From: Candidatus Eiseniibacteriota bacterium
Lineage (GTDB): Bacteria > Eisenbacteria > RBG-16-71-46 > SZUA-252
Assembly: GCA_963740415.1 (NCBI GenBank)
Contig: CAVUEC010000013.1
Span: 534,726-598,725 of the forward strand
Length of the DNA: 64,000 nt
Direction of reading: 5' to 3'
Shown here: piece after piece, positions 50,460 through 60,671 of the stretch
Numbering within the stretch: position 1 is the stretch's first letter
Layout: each line of letters starts with the position of its first letter
Translations under genes and position numbers: made by a program
Notes under the pieces: model-generated
What the model was told of the DNA's origin: nothing
Databases searched by the model: none
Seen by the model: only the letters and a program-made list of their open reading frames with translations

Positions 50460-51926
50460 ATGGCGAGAATGGCGAAGGCATTTGCTATCATCGTCTTGTT
50501 CGGTTTAGCGCGGACGTGCGCGGCCCAGCCGGCCGCCGACTCGGCGTCGGGCTCGGCCGCCGGCTCCCAGGCCTCCTCCACCGCGGGTGAGATCTTCTGG
50601 CTCCCGCTTCCGGTCGAGGAGATCGAGACGCCCGACGAGCTGGACGACGGGCGCGCCGGCGAGTTCGGCTTCTACGCGAGCGCGACCGCCCGCGAGGGCC
50701 GTGCGCAGGTGCGGCGGATCGAGGCGGCCAGGGCGGGCGGATCGGTGGATGCGCGCGTTTCCATTCTCGGCGGCGTGGAGCGCGCCCAGGCCTGGACCGT
50801 GGCGCTGGAATCGCCCCGCTCGCGCCTGGGTGTCCGCGCGGGCCGCATCACCGCCGGCGCCGCCGGGATGGCGTTCGCGGAGACCGTGGGTTTGGCCCGC
50901 AGGGCGTCGCGAGTACCGATGGCGCGGGCCGATGCCCTCGCGTTTTCGGCCTCGGCGGGCGTGTCATCGCCCGCGATCGAAGGGATCGCGATCACCCGGC
51001 CCCCTCGATCCGCGCGATTGGGCGGCTGGATGGTTGCCGGCCGGCGGATGGACGACGGCGCTCAAATCACGGCGGCGGGCGCGGCGGCCGCGGCACCCTG
51101 GGGCAGTTGGGGCGTCGCGGCGGGAACGCTCGATGGGCGCAGGGCCGCGGGAGCCGCAGTCGTAGCGCGGTTCGCGCAGACGACGACCGGCGCCGAAGCA
51201 AGCGTGGGGCCTCACGGGCCCGTGGCGCTGGTCTCGGTGGAGAGCGGCGGTGGCGGCCTGAGGGTTCGCGGCCGCTGGCGCTATCGCCGCTCGGATGCGC
51301 GGCCCGCGACGGCGGAGCTCACGGCCGAAACCGGATCGCGGCGCGCGCGATGTCGTTTGCGCGCGATCCAGGGGCCGTCGGGCGCGACAGGGTCCGTCGG
51401 CCGAATCGAAGTGGAAGGAACGCTCGCGGCCGGAGCGGCCGGGCCGACCACGCTTCGTCTCGGGCGCTCGCGCACGGATGGATTCTCCGCCGCGGAAGGC
51501 GCGACGCTTCGATTGGAGCGTTACGCCGTCCTCGAAACGACGGTGGCGCGCTCCGGCGGCCGCAGGCTCTCGATGCTGGCGACCCGCCGCGAGCGGGAGT
51601 TGTCGGGCGGCCTTCGCACCGGCACCAGCCTGGGCGCGACGCTCGATCTGAACTGGCGGCGTCGTGGAGCGCTGCAACTCGTCGTGGAAGCCACGCGGGT
51701 CGACGCCGCCGGCGGCTCCGCTTGGGGAAACGGCTTCTTCGCCGGCGGGGCCACATCGCTGGAAAGCCGCTCGCGCCCCGGCGTGAGCGTGTCGGCGCGA
51801 GGCACCGTGCGCGTCGGCCGGTGGAACGCGGGAGGGCTGCTCCAAGGACGGGAAGAGGCCTCGGGACGCCGGGCGACCGCGGCCACGGTTTGGATACAAC
51901 GAGCGCTGCCCGCGCCGGCGCGATGA
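50460..51926 (+). CDS. Hypothetical secreted protein, beta-barrel-like
   Basis: Signal peptide MARMAKAFAIIVLFGLARTCAA, then a long Ala/Gly/Arg-rich region with alternating pattern. The track ORF from 49797 is an Arg-rich upstream extension. Confidence 0.5.
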   Translation: MARMAKAFAIIVLFGLARTCAAQPAADSASGSAAGSQASSTAGEIFWLPLPVEEIETPDELDDGRAGEFGFYASATAREGRAQVRRIEAARAGGSVDARVSILGGVERAQAWTVALESPRSRLGVRAGRITAGAAGMAFAETVGLARRASRVPMARADALAFSASAGVSSPAIEGIAITRPPRSARLGGWMVAGRRMDDGAQITAAGAAAAAPWGSWGVAAGTLDGRRAAGAAVVARFAQTTTGAEASVGPHGPVALVSVESGGGGLRVRGRWRYRRSDARPATAELTAETGSRRARCRLRAIQGPSGATGSVGRIEVEGTLAAGAAGPTTLRLGRSRTDGFSAAEGATLRLERYAVLETTVARSGGRRLSMLATRRERELSGGLRTGTSLGATLDLNWRRRGALQLVVEATRVDAAGGSAWGNGFFAGGATSLESRSRPGVSVSARGTVRVGRWNAGGLLQGREEASGRRATAATVWIQRALPAPAR

Positions 51927-51957
51927 AACGCGCGGCGGGGTAACGCCACCAACGGGG

Positions 51958-53145
51958 GTGAATGGAATGCGCTACGCGGACCGGATGAAGGATTTGGGAA
52001 CCGAGACCGCCTTCGAGGTGCTGGCGAAGGCCAGGGCGCTCGAGGCCCAGGGAAAGACGATCGTCCACTTGGAAATCGGCGAGCCCGACTTCGACACGCC
52101 GGCCTCCATCCGGACCGCGGCCATCCGCGCGATCGAGGAAGGATTCACCCACTACGGGCCTTCGGCGGGACTCCCCGAGGTTCGGGAGTCGATCGCCAAC
52201 TACATCTCCAAGGATCGCGGCCTTCCCACCACCTTCGATCAGGTGGTGGTGACTCCGGGCGGAAAGCCGGTCCTCACCTTCGCCGTCCTCGCGTGCGTCA
52301 ATCCGGGCGACGAGGTGATCGTCCCGAATCCCGGATTTCCGATCTACGAGTCGGCGGTTCATTTCGCCGGCGGCAAGGCGGTCTCGCTTGCGCTCAAAGA
52401 GGATCGCGGATTCCGCTTTGGCGCGGCCGACATCGAACCGCTCCTCACGCCGAAGACGCGGATGCTGATCCTGAACTCGCCCCACAATCCCACGGGCTCC
52501 GTGCTCACGCCGCGCGACCTCGACGAGATCGCGAACCTGGTCCGCGGGCGCGACATCTTCGTACTCTCGGACGAGATCTACGGAAAGATCCTCTACGAAG
52601 GGAAGCACGAGACGATCGCGACGCGCGAGGGAATGGCGGAGCGGACGATTCTCCTCGATGGATTCTCGAAGACGTACGCGATGACCGGGTGGCGGCTGGG
52701 ATACGGCGTGATGAACGCGACCCTGGCCAAGCATGTGGCCCGCCTCGCGACCAACGTCTACTCCTGCGCCACGTCCTTCGTGCAGCGCGCGGCGCCCACG
52801 GCGCTCCACGGGCCGCAGGACGACGTGAAGGCCATGGTCGCGGAGTTCGCGCGGCGGCGGGAGGTCATCGTCGAGGGTCTCAACGCGATCCCCGGGGTGC
52901 GCTGCGCGAAGCCCGCCGGCGCGTTCTACGTGTTCCCGAACGTGACCGGCCTCGGCATGAAGAGCGACGACCTGGCGCACGCGCTCTTGTACGACGCCGG
53001 CGTGGCCGTGCTCTCGGGCACGGCGTTCGGCTCCCAGGGCGAAGGCTACCTGCGCTTCTCTTACGCCAACTCGATCGACAACATTCGCGAGGGAATTCGC
53101 CGGTTCGAAGCGTTCGCCCAGAGCCACGTCAAAGCGGCGCGCTGA
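51958..53145 (+). CDS. Class I/II pyridoxal-phosphate aminotransferase (aspartate/aromatic type)
   Basis: IVHLEIGEPDFDTP, NPHNPTG, and FSKTYAMTGWRLGY (PLP lysine region). Starts a few codons downstream are possible. Confidence 0.85.
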   Translation: MNGMRYADRMKDLGTETAFEVLAKARALEAQGKTIVHLEIGEPDFDTPASIRTAAIRAIEEGFTHYGPSAGLPEVRESIANYISKDRGLPTTFDQVVVTPGGKPVLTFAVLACVNPGDEVIVPNPGFPIYESAVHFAGGKAVSLALKEDRGFRFGAADIEPLLTPKTRMLILNSPHNPTGSVLTPRDLDEIANLVRGRDIFVLSDEIYGKILYEGKHETIATREGMAERTILLDGFSKTYAMTGWRLGYGVMNATLAKHVARLATNVYSCATSFVQRAAPTALHGPQDDVKAMVAEFARRREVIVEGLNAIPGVRCAKPAGAFYVFPNVTGLGMKSDDLAHALLYDAGVAVLSGTAFGSQGEGYLRFSYANSIDNIREGIRRFEAFAQSHVKAAR

Positions 53146-53147
53146 CG

Positions 53148-54104
53148 TTGCCCCGAAGTCTCCCGAAGAGCCTCCTCATCACCCTCGGCGGGAACGCCAT
53201 CCTCCCCGCGCGCGGGACCGGGACGTTCGACGAGCAGAGCGCGATCACGCGCCTCACCATGCAGCCGATCGCGCAGCTCATCCGCGAGGGCGTGCAGGTG
53301 GCGATGAGCCACGGCAACGGCCCCATCGTGGGAAACATCCTGATCCGGAACGAGGCCGCGCGGGACCAGATCCCGCCCATGCCGCTCGACGTGTGCGGCG
53401 CGGACTCGCAGGGCGGGATCGGCTACATGATGCAGCAGTCGCTCCAGAACGAGCTTCTCAAGATCGGCGAAGACCGAACCGTCGTCACGCTCGTGACCCA
53501 GGTCGCCGTGGACGAGCGGGATCCGGCGTTCCGCCGCCCGACCAAGCCGATCGGTCCGTTCTACACCCAGGAGCGCGCGCGGCTGCTCTCGAAGGAGAAG
53601 GGCTGGACGGTGGTCGAGGATGCGGGTCGCGGCTGGCGCCGCGTCGTCGCGTCGCCCCGCCCTCTCGAGGTGGTCGAGATCGCGGCGATCCGGCGGCTCA
53701 TCGCGGATGGCGCCGTGGTGATCGCGGCCGGCGGGGGCGGGATCCCGGTCGCCAAGCAATGGGACGGCTCCTATCACGGCGTCGAAGCGGTGATCGACAA
53801 GGACCTCGCGTCGAGCCTCCTCGCGAGGCTCTTGGGCTGCGAGATGCTCTGCATCATCACCGGCGTCGACCGGGTCGCGCTCCACTACGGGAAGCCCGAG
53901 CAGAAGGAATTGGAGAGCGCGACGGCCGACGAGCTTTCGCGGTATGCTGCGGAAGGGCACTTCCCGGCGGGGAGCATGGGGCCCAAGATTCAGGCCGCGA
54001 TCGAATTCGTGCGCGGCGGCGGCCGCGAGGTTGTGATCACCTCGCCGGAGAAACTCCGCGAGGCCCTCGAGGGGGAGAGCGGGACGCGCATCCGGCGGGA
54101 TTAG
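53148..54104 (+). CDS. arcC: Carbamate kinase
   Basis: LLITLGGNAIL, SHGNGPIVG, DVCGADSQGGIGYM, GGGGIPV and VIDKDLAS. TTG 53148 is the first plausible start after the aminotransferase stop. Confidence 0.85.
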   Translation: MPRSLPKSLLITLGGNAILPARGTGTFDEQSAITRLTMQPIAQLIREGVQVAMSHGNGPIVGNILIRNEAARDQIPPMPLDVCGADSQGGIGYMMQQSLQNELLKIGEDRTVVTLVTQVAVDERDPAFRRPTKPIGPFYTQERARLLSKEKGWTVVEDAGRGWRRVVASPRPLEVVEIAAIRRLIADGAVVIAAGGGGIPVAKQWDGSYHGVEAVIDKDLASSLLARLLGCEMLCIITGVDRVALHYGKPEQKELESATADELSRYAAEGHFPAGSMGPKIQAAIEFVRGGGREVVITSPEKLREALEGESGTRIRRD

Positions 54105-54114
54105 CGGGGAGGGG

Positions 54115-55597
54115 ATGGTGGGCGACAAGGATGTCGGATTGGACGTATCGGGCCTGACGCTGGCCGACGGGCCGCGCTGGGTCGTGCAGGATTTGAGCTT
54201 CAAGGTGTCGCCGGGCACGCTCCACATGATTCTGGGCGAGCGCGACACCGGAAAGACCGCTCTCTTGGAAGCGATCGCCGGTCGCCGCGCGCTCGAGCGC
54301 GGAACGGTCCACTCCGGCTCCCCGATTGCCCTGGTTCCCGAAGCCATCCCCCAGGCCCAGCTCCGCGTCATGGAGCGGCTCATCCTTCGTCGCCAGCCGC
54401 GCTACCTCGGCATGGGCATTCACTGGAAGCGCGCGCGCGAAGGAGCGCGGGAGCTGGCCGCGCGGTTCGGGCTCGAGGGGCTTCTGGACGTCCCGATCGA
54501 AGCGCTCCGGCCTTTGGAGCGCCGGCTCGTGGAGCTGGCCGCGGTGGTCGCGGAATCGCCGCAGCTCCTGCTCCTCGACGACCCGACGTCGGATCTGGGG
54601 CCGCACGAGGCCCGGCACTTTCTCTCTCTCGTGAAGACGATCGCCGCCGAGCGAAAGATCCCGGCCGTCTACACCAGCTCGTGGCCGCGCGACGCCTATC
54701 CCGAGGCGAGCGGCGTCACGATCGTCTGGCGCGGCGCCGATCCGGCGACGGTGACCACCGCCGAGTGCAGCGAGGGCGCCCTGGTCGAACGCTGGACCGG
54801 CGGGGTCGGGATCCGGCGCACCCCGAGCGGGCCGCACACGGCGGGGGATCCGATCCTGCGCGTCGAGGGGCTTGTGCTCCGCGGCCGCGGCCGCGAGACC
54901 TCGCTTGCGGGCCTCGACTTCGAGGTCAAATCCGGGGAAGTGCTCGCGGTCGTGGGCGCCCCGGCGGACGGGCTCAACCTGTTCCATGACGCCCTCCTCG
55001 GCAGCCGCGCACCGGAGCGCGGGTCGATGCAGTTTCTCGGCAAGGAGATGATCCGGTCGCCGCGCCGCCATCGTGTGGAATCGGGGATCAGCTTCGTCCA
55101 TCCCCCTCACTCGCGCGATCAGGCGATCGCCGAGTTCTCGATCGAGGAAAATCTCGTGCTGGGGCAAACCAGCGGCCTTCCGTTTTCAAAGGGCGGATTT
55201 CTGCGCCACGAGTCCATCCGCGGAAACGCGGTGCGCACGCTCCGCGATTTCGAGATCCCCGACGCCGAGCCCGCGGGCCGCTTCCGCGATCTCAAGCTGG
55301 GGGATCGCCAGCGCGTCATCGTCGCGCGCGAGGTGATCCGAAATCCCGTGCTCCTCGTGGTGAGGTCGCCCGCCCAGGGGCTTGTCGCTCGCCGCCCAGG
55401 AGTACGTGCGGCGCACGCTCATTCTCCAGTGCGAGCGGGGGAGCGGCCTCCTCTGGCTCACCGAGGAGCCGGAAGAGGCGATGCGCGTCGCCGACCGGCT
55501 CGCCGTGCTCGCGGCGGGGCGCTTTGTGTGGATTCCCGTTACGGAAACCCTCACCCGCGAAGCGATCATCGACGAAATGTCGGGAGCGGCGGCGTGA
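54115..55597 (+). CDS. ABC transporter ATP-binding protein with two nucleotide-binding domains. Frame broken at 55377-55380.
   Basis: NBD1 has Walker A GERDTGKT and Walker B LLLLDDPTS. NBD2 has a degenerate Walker A (GAPADGLN). The C-terminal LSLAAQEYVRRTLILQCERGSGLLWLTEEPEEAMRVADRLAVLAAGRFV is in frame 2 (track ORF 55382..55597). Removing one G from the GGGG run joins SPAQG to it. Confidence 0.75.
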
Positions 55598-55640
55598 GGC
55601 CGCGCATGTCAGGCGCGGGCGAAGGCGCGGAGGTGTGCGC

Positions 55641-56690
55641 GTGATCCCCGGCCGCATCCGCGGGGGACCCTGGGCGCTGGTCGCCAATGCCGTGGTGCTC
55701 CTCGCGCTCTTCGTCGGCACGCACCTCGTGTCCCTCGCCGCGGGCGGCGGCACGGTTGCCGCGTGGCCCGCACCCTGGAGCGGCGACATCATCCTTTCCG
55801 GCGCGGGACTTCTCTTTCTCGGGCTTGGATTCCTGCTTCCGCTCCACGCGGGGCTCTTCAACGTCGCGATTCAGGGTGAGTTCCTCGCGGGCTTTGCCGT
55901 GGGATCGTTGGTGGCCCGCCACGCGCCGTTCGCGGCGGGCGCGGGCGCCGGCTTGGCGCTCCTGGCGGGGATCCTCGCGGGCGCGTTCGTCGGAGTCTTC
56001 GTGGCGTGGCTCAAGCAGCGGTTCGCGGTCCACGAGATTCTGAGCGGAATCCTGATCGGAAGCGCGCTGACGCCGTTGGCGCGCCTGGTTGGGGTCGGAC
56101 CGACCACGCCTCCCTCGATCACCATCGGCCTCGCTCCGCTGGTCGCGCCGTTCGCGCCGGGGCTCAAGCTTCCGCCCAATTTCGTCATCACGTGGGGAAT
56201 ATTGTTGTTGTCGGTCGGTCTCGCGCTCGGCGCCCTGGCCTCGCATTTCCTGCGAGCCTCGGTCAAAGGATTCGAGCTTCGCGCGGTGGGATCGAACCCG
56301 CTCGGCGCGGTCGCCGCGGGGGTCGACGTGGACCGGGTGCAGCTCTGGGTGATGGGTCTCGGTGGCGCCTGCGCCGGGCTCACGGGCGCGCTCCAGCTCT
56401 GGAGCGATCCGGCCGTGGCGATGGCGCGCTGGCCCGTTCCGCTTGGGTTCGCCGGAATGGCGGTCGCGTTCCTGGGCGGCGGCTACCTGCGCGGCGCTTT
56501 GGCCGCGGCGCTCGTCCTCGCCGTGTGGCTCAACATCTCCGGGGCTCCAGCCGCGCTGGACGATCCCGCGCTTGGCTCGTGCGTTGCGTTGCTCTTGGCG
56601 CTCCCCGCCCTCTGGGTTCTGCCTCGTCTCCTCCCCGATTCGGGCGCCCCGCGGTCCATCTGGCGAACAAGGCACCGAGAACAGCTCTAG
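55641..56690 (+). CDS. ABC transporter permease (BMP/sugar-type by topology)
   Basis: Hydrophobic with multiple TM helices throughout. GGAGG lies 7 nt before GTG 55641. It is adjacent to the ABC ATPase. Confidence 0.65.
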   Translation: MIPGRIRGGPWALVANAVVLLALFVGTHLVSLAAGGGTVAAWPAPWSGDIILSGAGLLFLGLGFLLPLHAGLFNVAIQGEFLAGFAVGSLVARHAPFAAGAGAGLALLAGILAGAFVGVFVAWLKQRFAVHEILSGILIGSALTPLARLVGVGPTTPPSITIGLAPLVAPFAPGLKLPPNFVITWGILLLSVGLALGALASHFLRASVKGFELRAVGSNPLGAVAAGVDVDRVQLWVMGLGGACAGLTGALQLWSDPAVAMARWPVPLGFAGMAVAFLGGGYLRGALAAALVLAVWLNISGAPAALDDPALGSCVALLLALPALWVLPRLLPDSGAPRSIWRTRHREQL

Positions 56691-56760
56691 CCGCTTCGCT
56701 TCCCGCTCTCCCTTCAATCAATCGCCCCGACGCAACCGTTGACTCCCAAAGGAGGAGATC

Positions 56761-57405
56761 ATGGAGCGTTTCTGGGCATTCGCGGTTTGGCTTCTGCTTC
56801 TGGCGGTGGCGGCGTCCGTGGCGATTGGAATCGCGCGCAGCGAGGCCGCGGAGGACGTGCGATTGAACGAGATTCTGGCCGGCCCCGCGCGCGACTGGAC
56901 CGGCGACGGCGTCTTCGACGCCCGCGACGACGAGTGGCTGGAGGTGGAGAACTACGGAGCGGCGCCGGTCGACCTCGCGCCGTACCGCGTGTCGGACGCG
57001 GACTCGACGATCCGCTACGCCTTTTCCGGCACCCTGGCGCCGGGCGCCGCGGTGGTGGTCACGGGGGCGCAGGCGCTCGCGTGGCAGCGCTCGGTCGGGC
57101 GCTCGGCCACGGGCTTGAGCCTCAACAACGCGGGCGACACCGTCATTCTCTTTCGCGTCGGCGTGGGCGACACGACGGCCGTCGACGTGAAGACCTACAA
57201 CAGCATCGAGGGCGCCACGGATCGCTCGACCGGCCGCATCGCCGGCGACGGGTCGACGTGGGTCCTCTTCGACGGCCTGAATAAGTACACGGGAGCGGGA
57301 CAGCCCCACGGCACCGGCTGCTCGCCTACGCAGGGAACGCCAAACGAATGCCCGACGCCGGTCTCGTCGACGACGTGGGGGAAGATCAAGAAGATCTATC
57401 AATAG
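56761..57405 (+). CDS. Small secreted lamin-tail-domain (LTD) protein
   Basis: AAAGGAGGAG RBS and signal peptide FAVWLLLLAVAASVAIG. LTD pattern is VRLNEILAGPARDW...DEWLEVENYGAAPVDL...DAD...LSLNNAGDTVILF. Confidence 0.7.
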   Translation: MERFWAFAVWLLLLAVAASVAIGIARSEAAEDVRLNEILAGPARDWTGDGVFDARDDEWLEVENYGAAPVDLAPYRVSDADSTIRYAFSGTLAPGAAVVVTGAQALAWQRSVGRSATGLSLNNAGDTVILFRVGVGDTTAVDVKTYNSIEGATDRSTGRIAGDGSTWVLFDGLNKYTGAGQPHGTGCSPTQGTPNECPTPVSSTTWGKIKKIYQ

Positions 57406-57529
57406 CCGGTACCAGCGGTTGGGCTTATGATTCGCCGAAGATCCGATCCACCGGGCCGGGTGGCTGTCGACGCCGGCCCACCGCAGGGCGAATTCGAAAG
57501 GCGACGCTCCACTGGGTGATCGAAAACAT

Positions 57530-59347
57530 ATGCTGATCGCCGCGGTCGCGCTCCTCGCGATCGCGGCGCATCTTCTCCTCCGGTTCGCCTTCCACGCGAC
57601 CGAGACGTATTACCGCGCCCCGCTCCTAGCGGCCATGGTGCTCGGCGGGATTCCACTCCTCGTCGAGTTGCTCCGGAAACTCTGGAAGCGCGAGTTCAGC
57701 TCCGACCTCCTCGCCGGCATCTCGATCGTCACGGCGGTTCTCCTACACGAGTACCTCGCCGGCACACTCGTGATTCTGATGCTCTCCGGCGGCGAGGCGC
57801 TCGAGAGCTACGCCGTGGAAAACGCCGCCTCGGTGCTTCGGGCGCTGGCCAAGCGGATGCCCTCCGTGGCCCACGTGAGAGGACCGTCCGGGGTCACGGA
57901 CGTGGCACTCGATCAGGTCCGGATTGGCGACACCGTCCTCGTCTACCCGCACGACATCTGCCCGGTGGATGGCGTGGTGATCGAGGGGCACGGGACCATG
58001 GACGAGTCCTATCTCACCGGCGAGCCTTACCGGATGTCGAAGACGCCGGGATCCGAGGTGATCTCCGGAGCGATCAACGGGGAGGCGGCGATCGCGATCC
58101 GCGCGACCAAGCTCGCGGTCGATTCGCGCTACGCGAAGATCATGCAGGTCATGCGGGCCTCCGAGCAGCATCGGCCCCAGCTCCGGCGCCTCGGCGATCA
58201 GCTCGGCGCCTATTACACGCCGCTCGCCGTCGCGATCGCGCTTGTGGCGTGGGCCCTAAGCCGGAATGCCGATCGGTTCCTCGCGGTCCTGGTGGTGGCG
58301 ACGCCCTGCCCGCTCTTGATCGCGATTCCGGTCGCGATCATCGGCGCGATCTCGCTCGCGGCCCGCCGCGGCATCATCATCAAGAATCCCGCGGTGCTCG
58401 AGCAGATCGACACCTGCCGCACCGTGATCTTCGACAAGACGGGGACGCTCACCTACGGCGAGCCGAAACTCACGGCGCAGGAGTGCGCGTCCGGGCTCAG
58501 CGCCGACGAGGTGCTGGCCCTTGCCGCGAGCCTCGAGCGCTATTCCAAGCATCCGCTCGCGGGTGCCGTGCTGGACGTCGCTCGCGACAAAGGAATCAAG
58601 CTCCGGGACGCGAGCGAGATCTCGGAGCGCCCAGGCGAAGGGCTTCGCGGCGTGATCGGGGGCCGGTCGGTCCGTATCACGAGCCGGAGCCAGGTGCCGG
58701 AGTTTGCGGCGGCGCTGGCGCCCGCGCAGGGCGGCATGGAATGCGTGATCCTGATCGACGGCGCGTACGCTGCGACCTACCGCTTCCGCGACGAGCCGAG
58801 GGCCGAGGGAGCGCTCTTTGTCCGCCACCTGAAGCCCAAGCACCTTTTCCGAAAGGTCATGCTGCTCTCGGGGGACCGGGAGTCGGAGGTTCGCTACCTG
58901 GCGGACCGCGTGGGAATCAAGGAGGTCTACGCGGGGAAGAGCCCCGAGGAGAAGCTCGTCATCGTCCGGGCGGAGTCGGCCTTGGCGAAGACCCTCTTCC
59001 TGGGCGACGGGATCAACGACGCGCCCGCGCTCACCGCCGCCACCGTGGGGATCGCGTTTGGGCAGAACAGCGACATCACGAGCGAGGCCGCCGACGCCGT
59101 GGTGCTGAACAGTTCGCTCGCGCAGGTGGACGAGCTATTGCACATCAGCCGCCGAATGCGCGTGATCGCCCTTCAGAGCGCGATCGGCGGAATGGCCGCG
59201 AGCCTTGTCGGAATGGGATTTGCCGCGGTCGGCCTGCTTCCGCCCGTGGCGGGCGCGATCACGCAGGAGGTGATCGACGTGATCGTCGTGCTCAACGCGC
59301 TCCGCGCCGCCTGGCCGCCGAAGGCGCTCACCGACTTTCGCCCGTAG
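57530..59347 (+). CDS. Heavy-metal-type P1B ATPase with a TPCP transmembrane motif and no N-terminal metal-binding domain
   Basis: [21 protein letters not shown], and the TM motif [13 protein letters not shown]. Confidence 0.85.
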   Translation: MLIAAVALLAIAAHLLLRFAFHATETYYRAPLLAAMVLGGIPLLVELLRKLWKREFSSDLLAGISIVTAVLLHEYLAGTLVILMLSGGEALESYAVENAASVLRALAKRMPSVAHVRGPSGVTDVALDQVRIGDTVLVYPHDICPVDGVVIEGHGTMDESYLTGEPYRMSKTPGSEVISGAINGEAAIAIRATKLAVDSRYAKIMQVMRASEQHRPQLRRLGDQLGAYYTPLAVAIALVAWALSRNADRFLAVLVVATPCPLLIAIPVAIIGAISLAARRGIIIKNPAVLEQIDTCRTVIFDKTGTLTYGEPKLTAQECASGLSADEVLALAASLERYSKHPLAGAVLDVARDKGIKLRDASEISERPGEGLRGVIGGRSVRITSRSQVPEFAAALAPAQGGMECVILIDGAYAATYRFRDEPRAEGALFVRHLKPKHLFRKVMLLSGDRESEVRYLADRVGIKEVYAGKSPEEKLVIVRAESALAKTLFLGDGINDAPALTAATVGIAFGQNSDITSEAADAVVLNSSLAQVDELLHISRRMRVIALQSAIGGMAASLVGMGFAAVGLLPPVAGAITQEVIDVIVVLNALRAAWPPKALTDFRP

Positions 59348-59382
59348 GCCCGGCCGGTCCCAGCGGAGGTCGCGTCCTCAGT

Positions 59383-59793
59383 TCAGTACCTCGCCTGCAT
59401 GACGCTGATTCCCTGGCCGAGGACCGTTCGCCAGGCCTCTTCGGTCCTTTCGGTGCACTGCGGGTCGAACTCGCGAACGGTCCGGATCATGCAATCCAGC
59501 CAGAGCTCGTACATGTCGGGCGGGATATCGCGATGATTTCGGTCGTGGAGCACCGCGATGTGCTCCAGATGAGCGAGGCTCTCGGCGGATGGGCTCCGCC
59601 CGGAGGCTTCCAGGAGGAGATAGAGCGAGGCCTTCAACATCATCCGCTGGCGCTTGAGATCCGTGCGCGCGAATTTCGCCGCGACCGCCTTGTCCGAAGC
59701 GATGAAGGTTTCGTAGAAGCGGTCGAGGAACTTGGGATTCGCCTGGCAACGTTCCAGGCTGTCGTTGAAGAGCCCAATCTCCGACACTTCCAT
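59383..59793 (-). CDS. Globin-like (heme-binding) small protein
   Basis: GGAGGG RBS before the ATG (cat at 59791-59793). The pattern FLDRFYETFIASDKAVAAKF...MLKASLYLLL...LAHLEHIAVLHDRNHRDIPPDMYELWLDCMIRTV resembles single-domain bacterial globins, with a candidate proximal His in VLHDRNH. Confidence 0.5.
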   Translation of the reverse strand: MEVSEIGLFNDSLERCQANPKFLDRFYETFIASDKAVAAKFARTDLKRQRMMLKASLYLLLEASGRSPSAESLAHLEHIAVLHDRNHRDIPPDMYELWLDCMIRTVREFDPQCTERTEEAWRTVLGQGISVMQARY

Positions 59794-59898
59794 GCTCCAC
59801 CCTCCGCCCCCGGCCGCAATACTGTGGGTCCGAGGTCGAGGCAAAGGTACTCCTTTTGGAGCAGGACGGGAATTGCTAGGGTTCATCCTGCATGCTCG

Positions 59899-60288
59899 AT
59901 GAACCCGTGGCGCACGTTCCAGACGGCCGACCCCAGCCGCGAATATCTCGCCCTCCTCTCCGAGCTTCCGCTCAAGCGCTTTCGGGACGTTGGCCTGTTC
60001 CTGCGCTACAGCGCGCGGATCCAGAAGCAGCTCCGGACCACGCCGGGCGTATTGGGTTTTTCGGTGGGAGTACGGATGCTCCAGAAGCGATTCTGGACTC
60101 TCTCCGTGTGGGAGAATGAGGCGATGCTCTATCAATTCGTGGGGACGCCGCCGCATAGCCAGGTCATGGACGCCATGAGCGGCAAGATGAGCGCGACCCG
60201 CTTTGTGAAGTGGAACATCCGAGGCGCCGACTATCCGCCCACGTGGAAGGCGGCATTCGCCCAGCGGGATCGGACGCCGGGACCCTAG
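59899..60288 (+). CDS. Small alpha+beta barrel (DUF3291/ABM-like) protein
   Basis: GVLGFSVGVRMLQKRFWTLSVWENEAMLYQFVGTPPHSQVM. This is the tail of track ORF 58249..60288, whose upstream part is out of frame with the ATPase. Confidence 0.45.
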   Translation: MNPWRTFQTADPSREYLALLSELPLKRFRDVGLFLRYSARIQKQLRTTPGVLGFSVGVRMLQKRFWTLSVWENEAMLYQFVGTPPHSQVMDAMSGKMSATRFVKWNIRGADYPPTWKAAFAQRDRTPGP

Positions 60289-60294
60289 GCGGCC

Positions 60295-60660
60295 ATGGCA
60301 ACGCTTCGCTACCTGGTGGACGATGTCGACGCCTCGATCGCGTTCTATTCCGCGCTCGGCTTCAACCTGGTGGACCGCTGGGGGCCGCCGTTCGCGATCA
60401 TGGCGCTCGGAGACTTGACGCTCTGGGTGAGCGGGCCGGGCACGTCAGCGGCGAAGACGCTTCCCGACGGATCCACGCCCCGCCCCGGGGGATGGAACCG
60501 CTTCGTGATCGAAGTTCCGGACATCGACGCCGCCATGAAGGATCTCACGGCGAAGGGCGGGCGCTTTCGATCCGACCCGATCTCGGGTCCGGGGGGCCGC
60601 CAGGTGCTCTGCGAGGATCCGTCCGGGAATCCGATCGAGCTGTTCCAGGCGAAGGGCTAG
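60295..60660 (+). CDS. Glyoxalase/bleomycin-resistance (VOC) family protein
   Basis: LRYLVDDVDASIAFYSALGF...FVIEVPDIDAAMKDL...DPSGNPIELFQ. Confidence 0.75.
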   Translation: MATLRYLVDDVDASIAFYSALGFNLVDRWGPPFAIMALGDLTLWVSGPGTSAAKTLPDGSTPRPGGWNRFVIEVPDIDAAMKDLTAKGGRFRSDPISGPGGRQVLCEDPSGNPIELFQAKG

Positions 60661-60671
60661 AGGAAACCATC

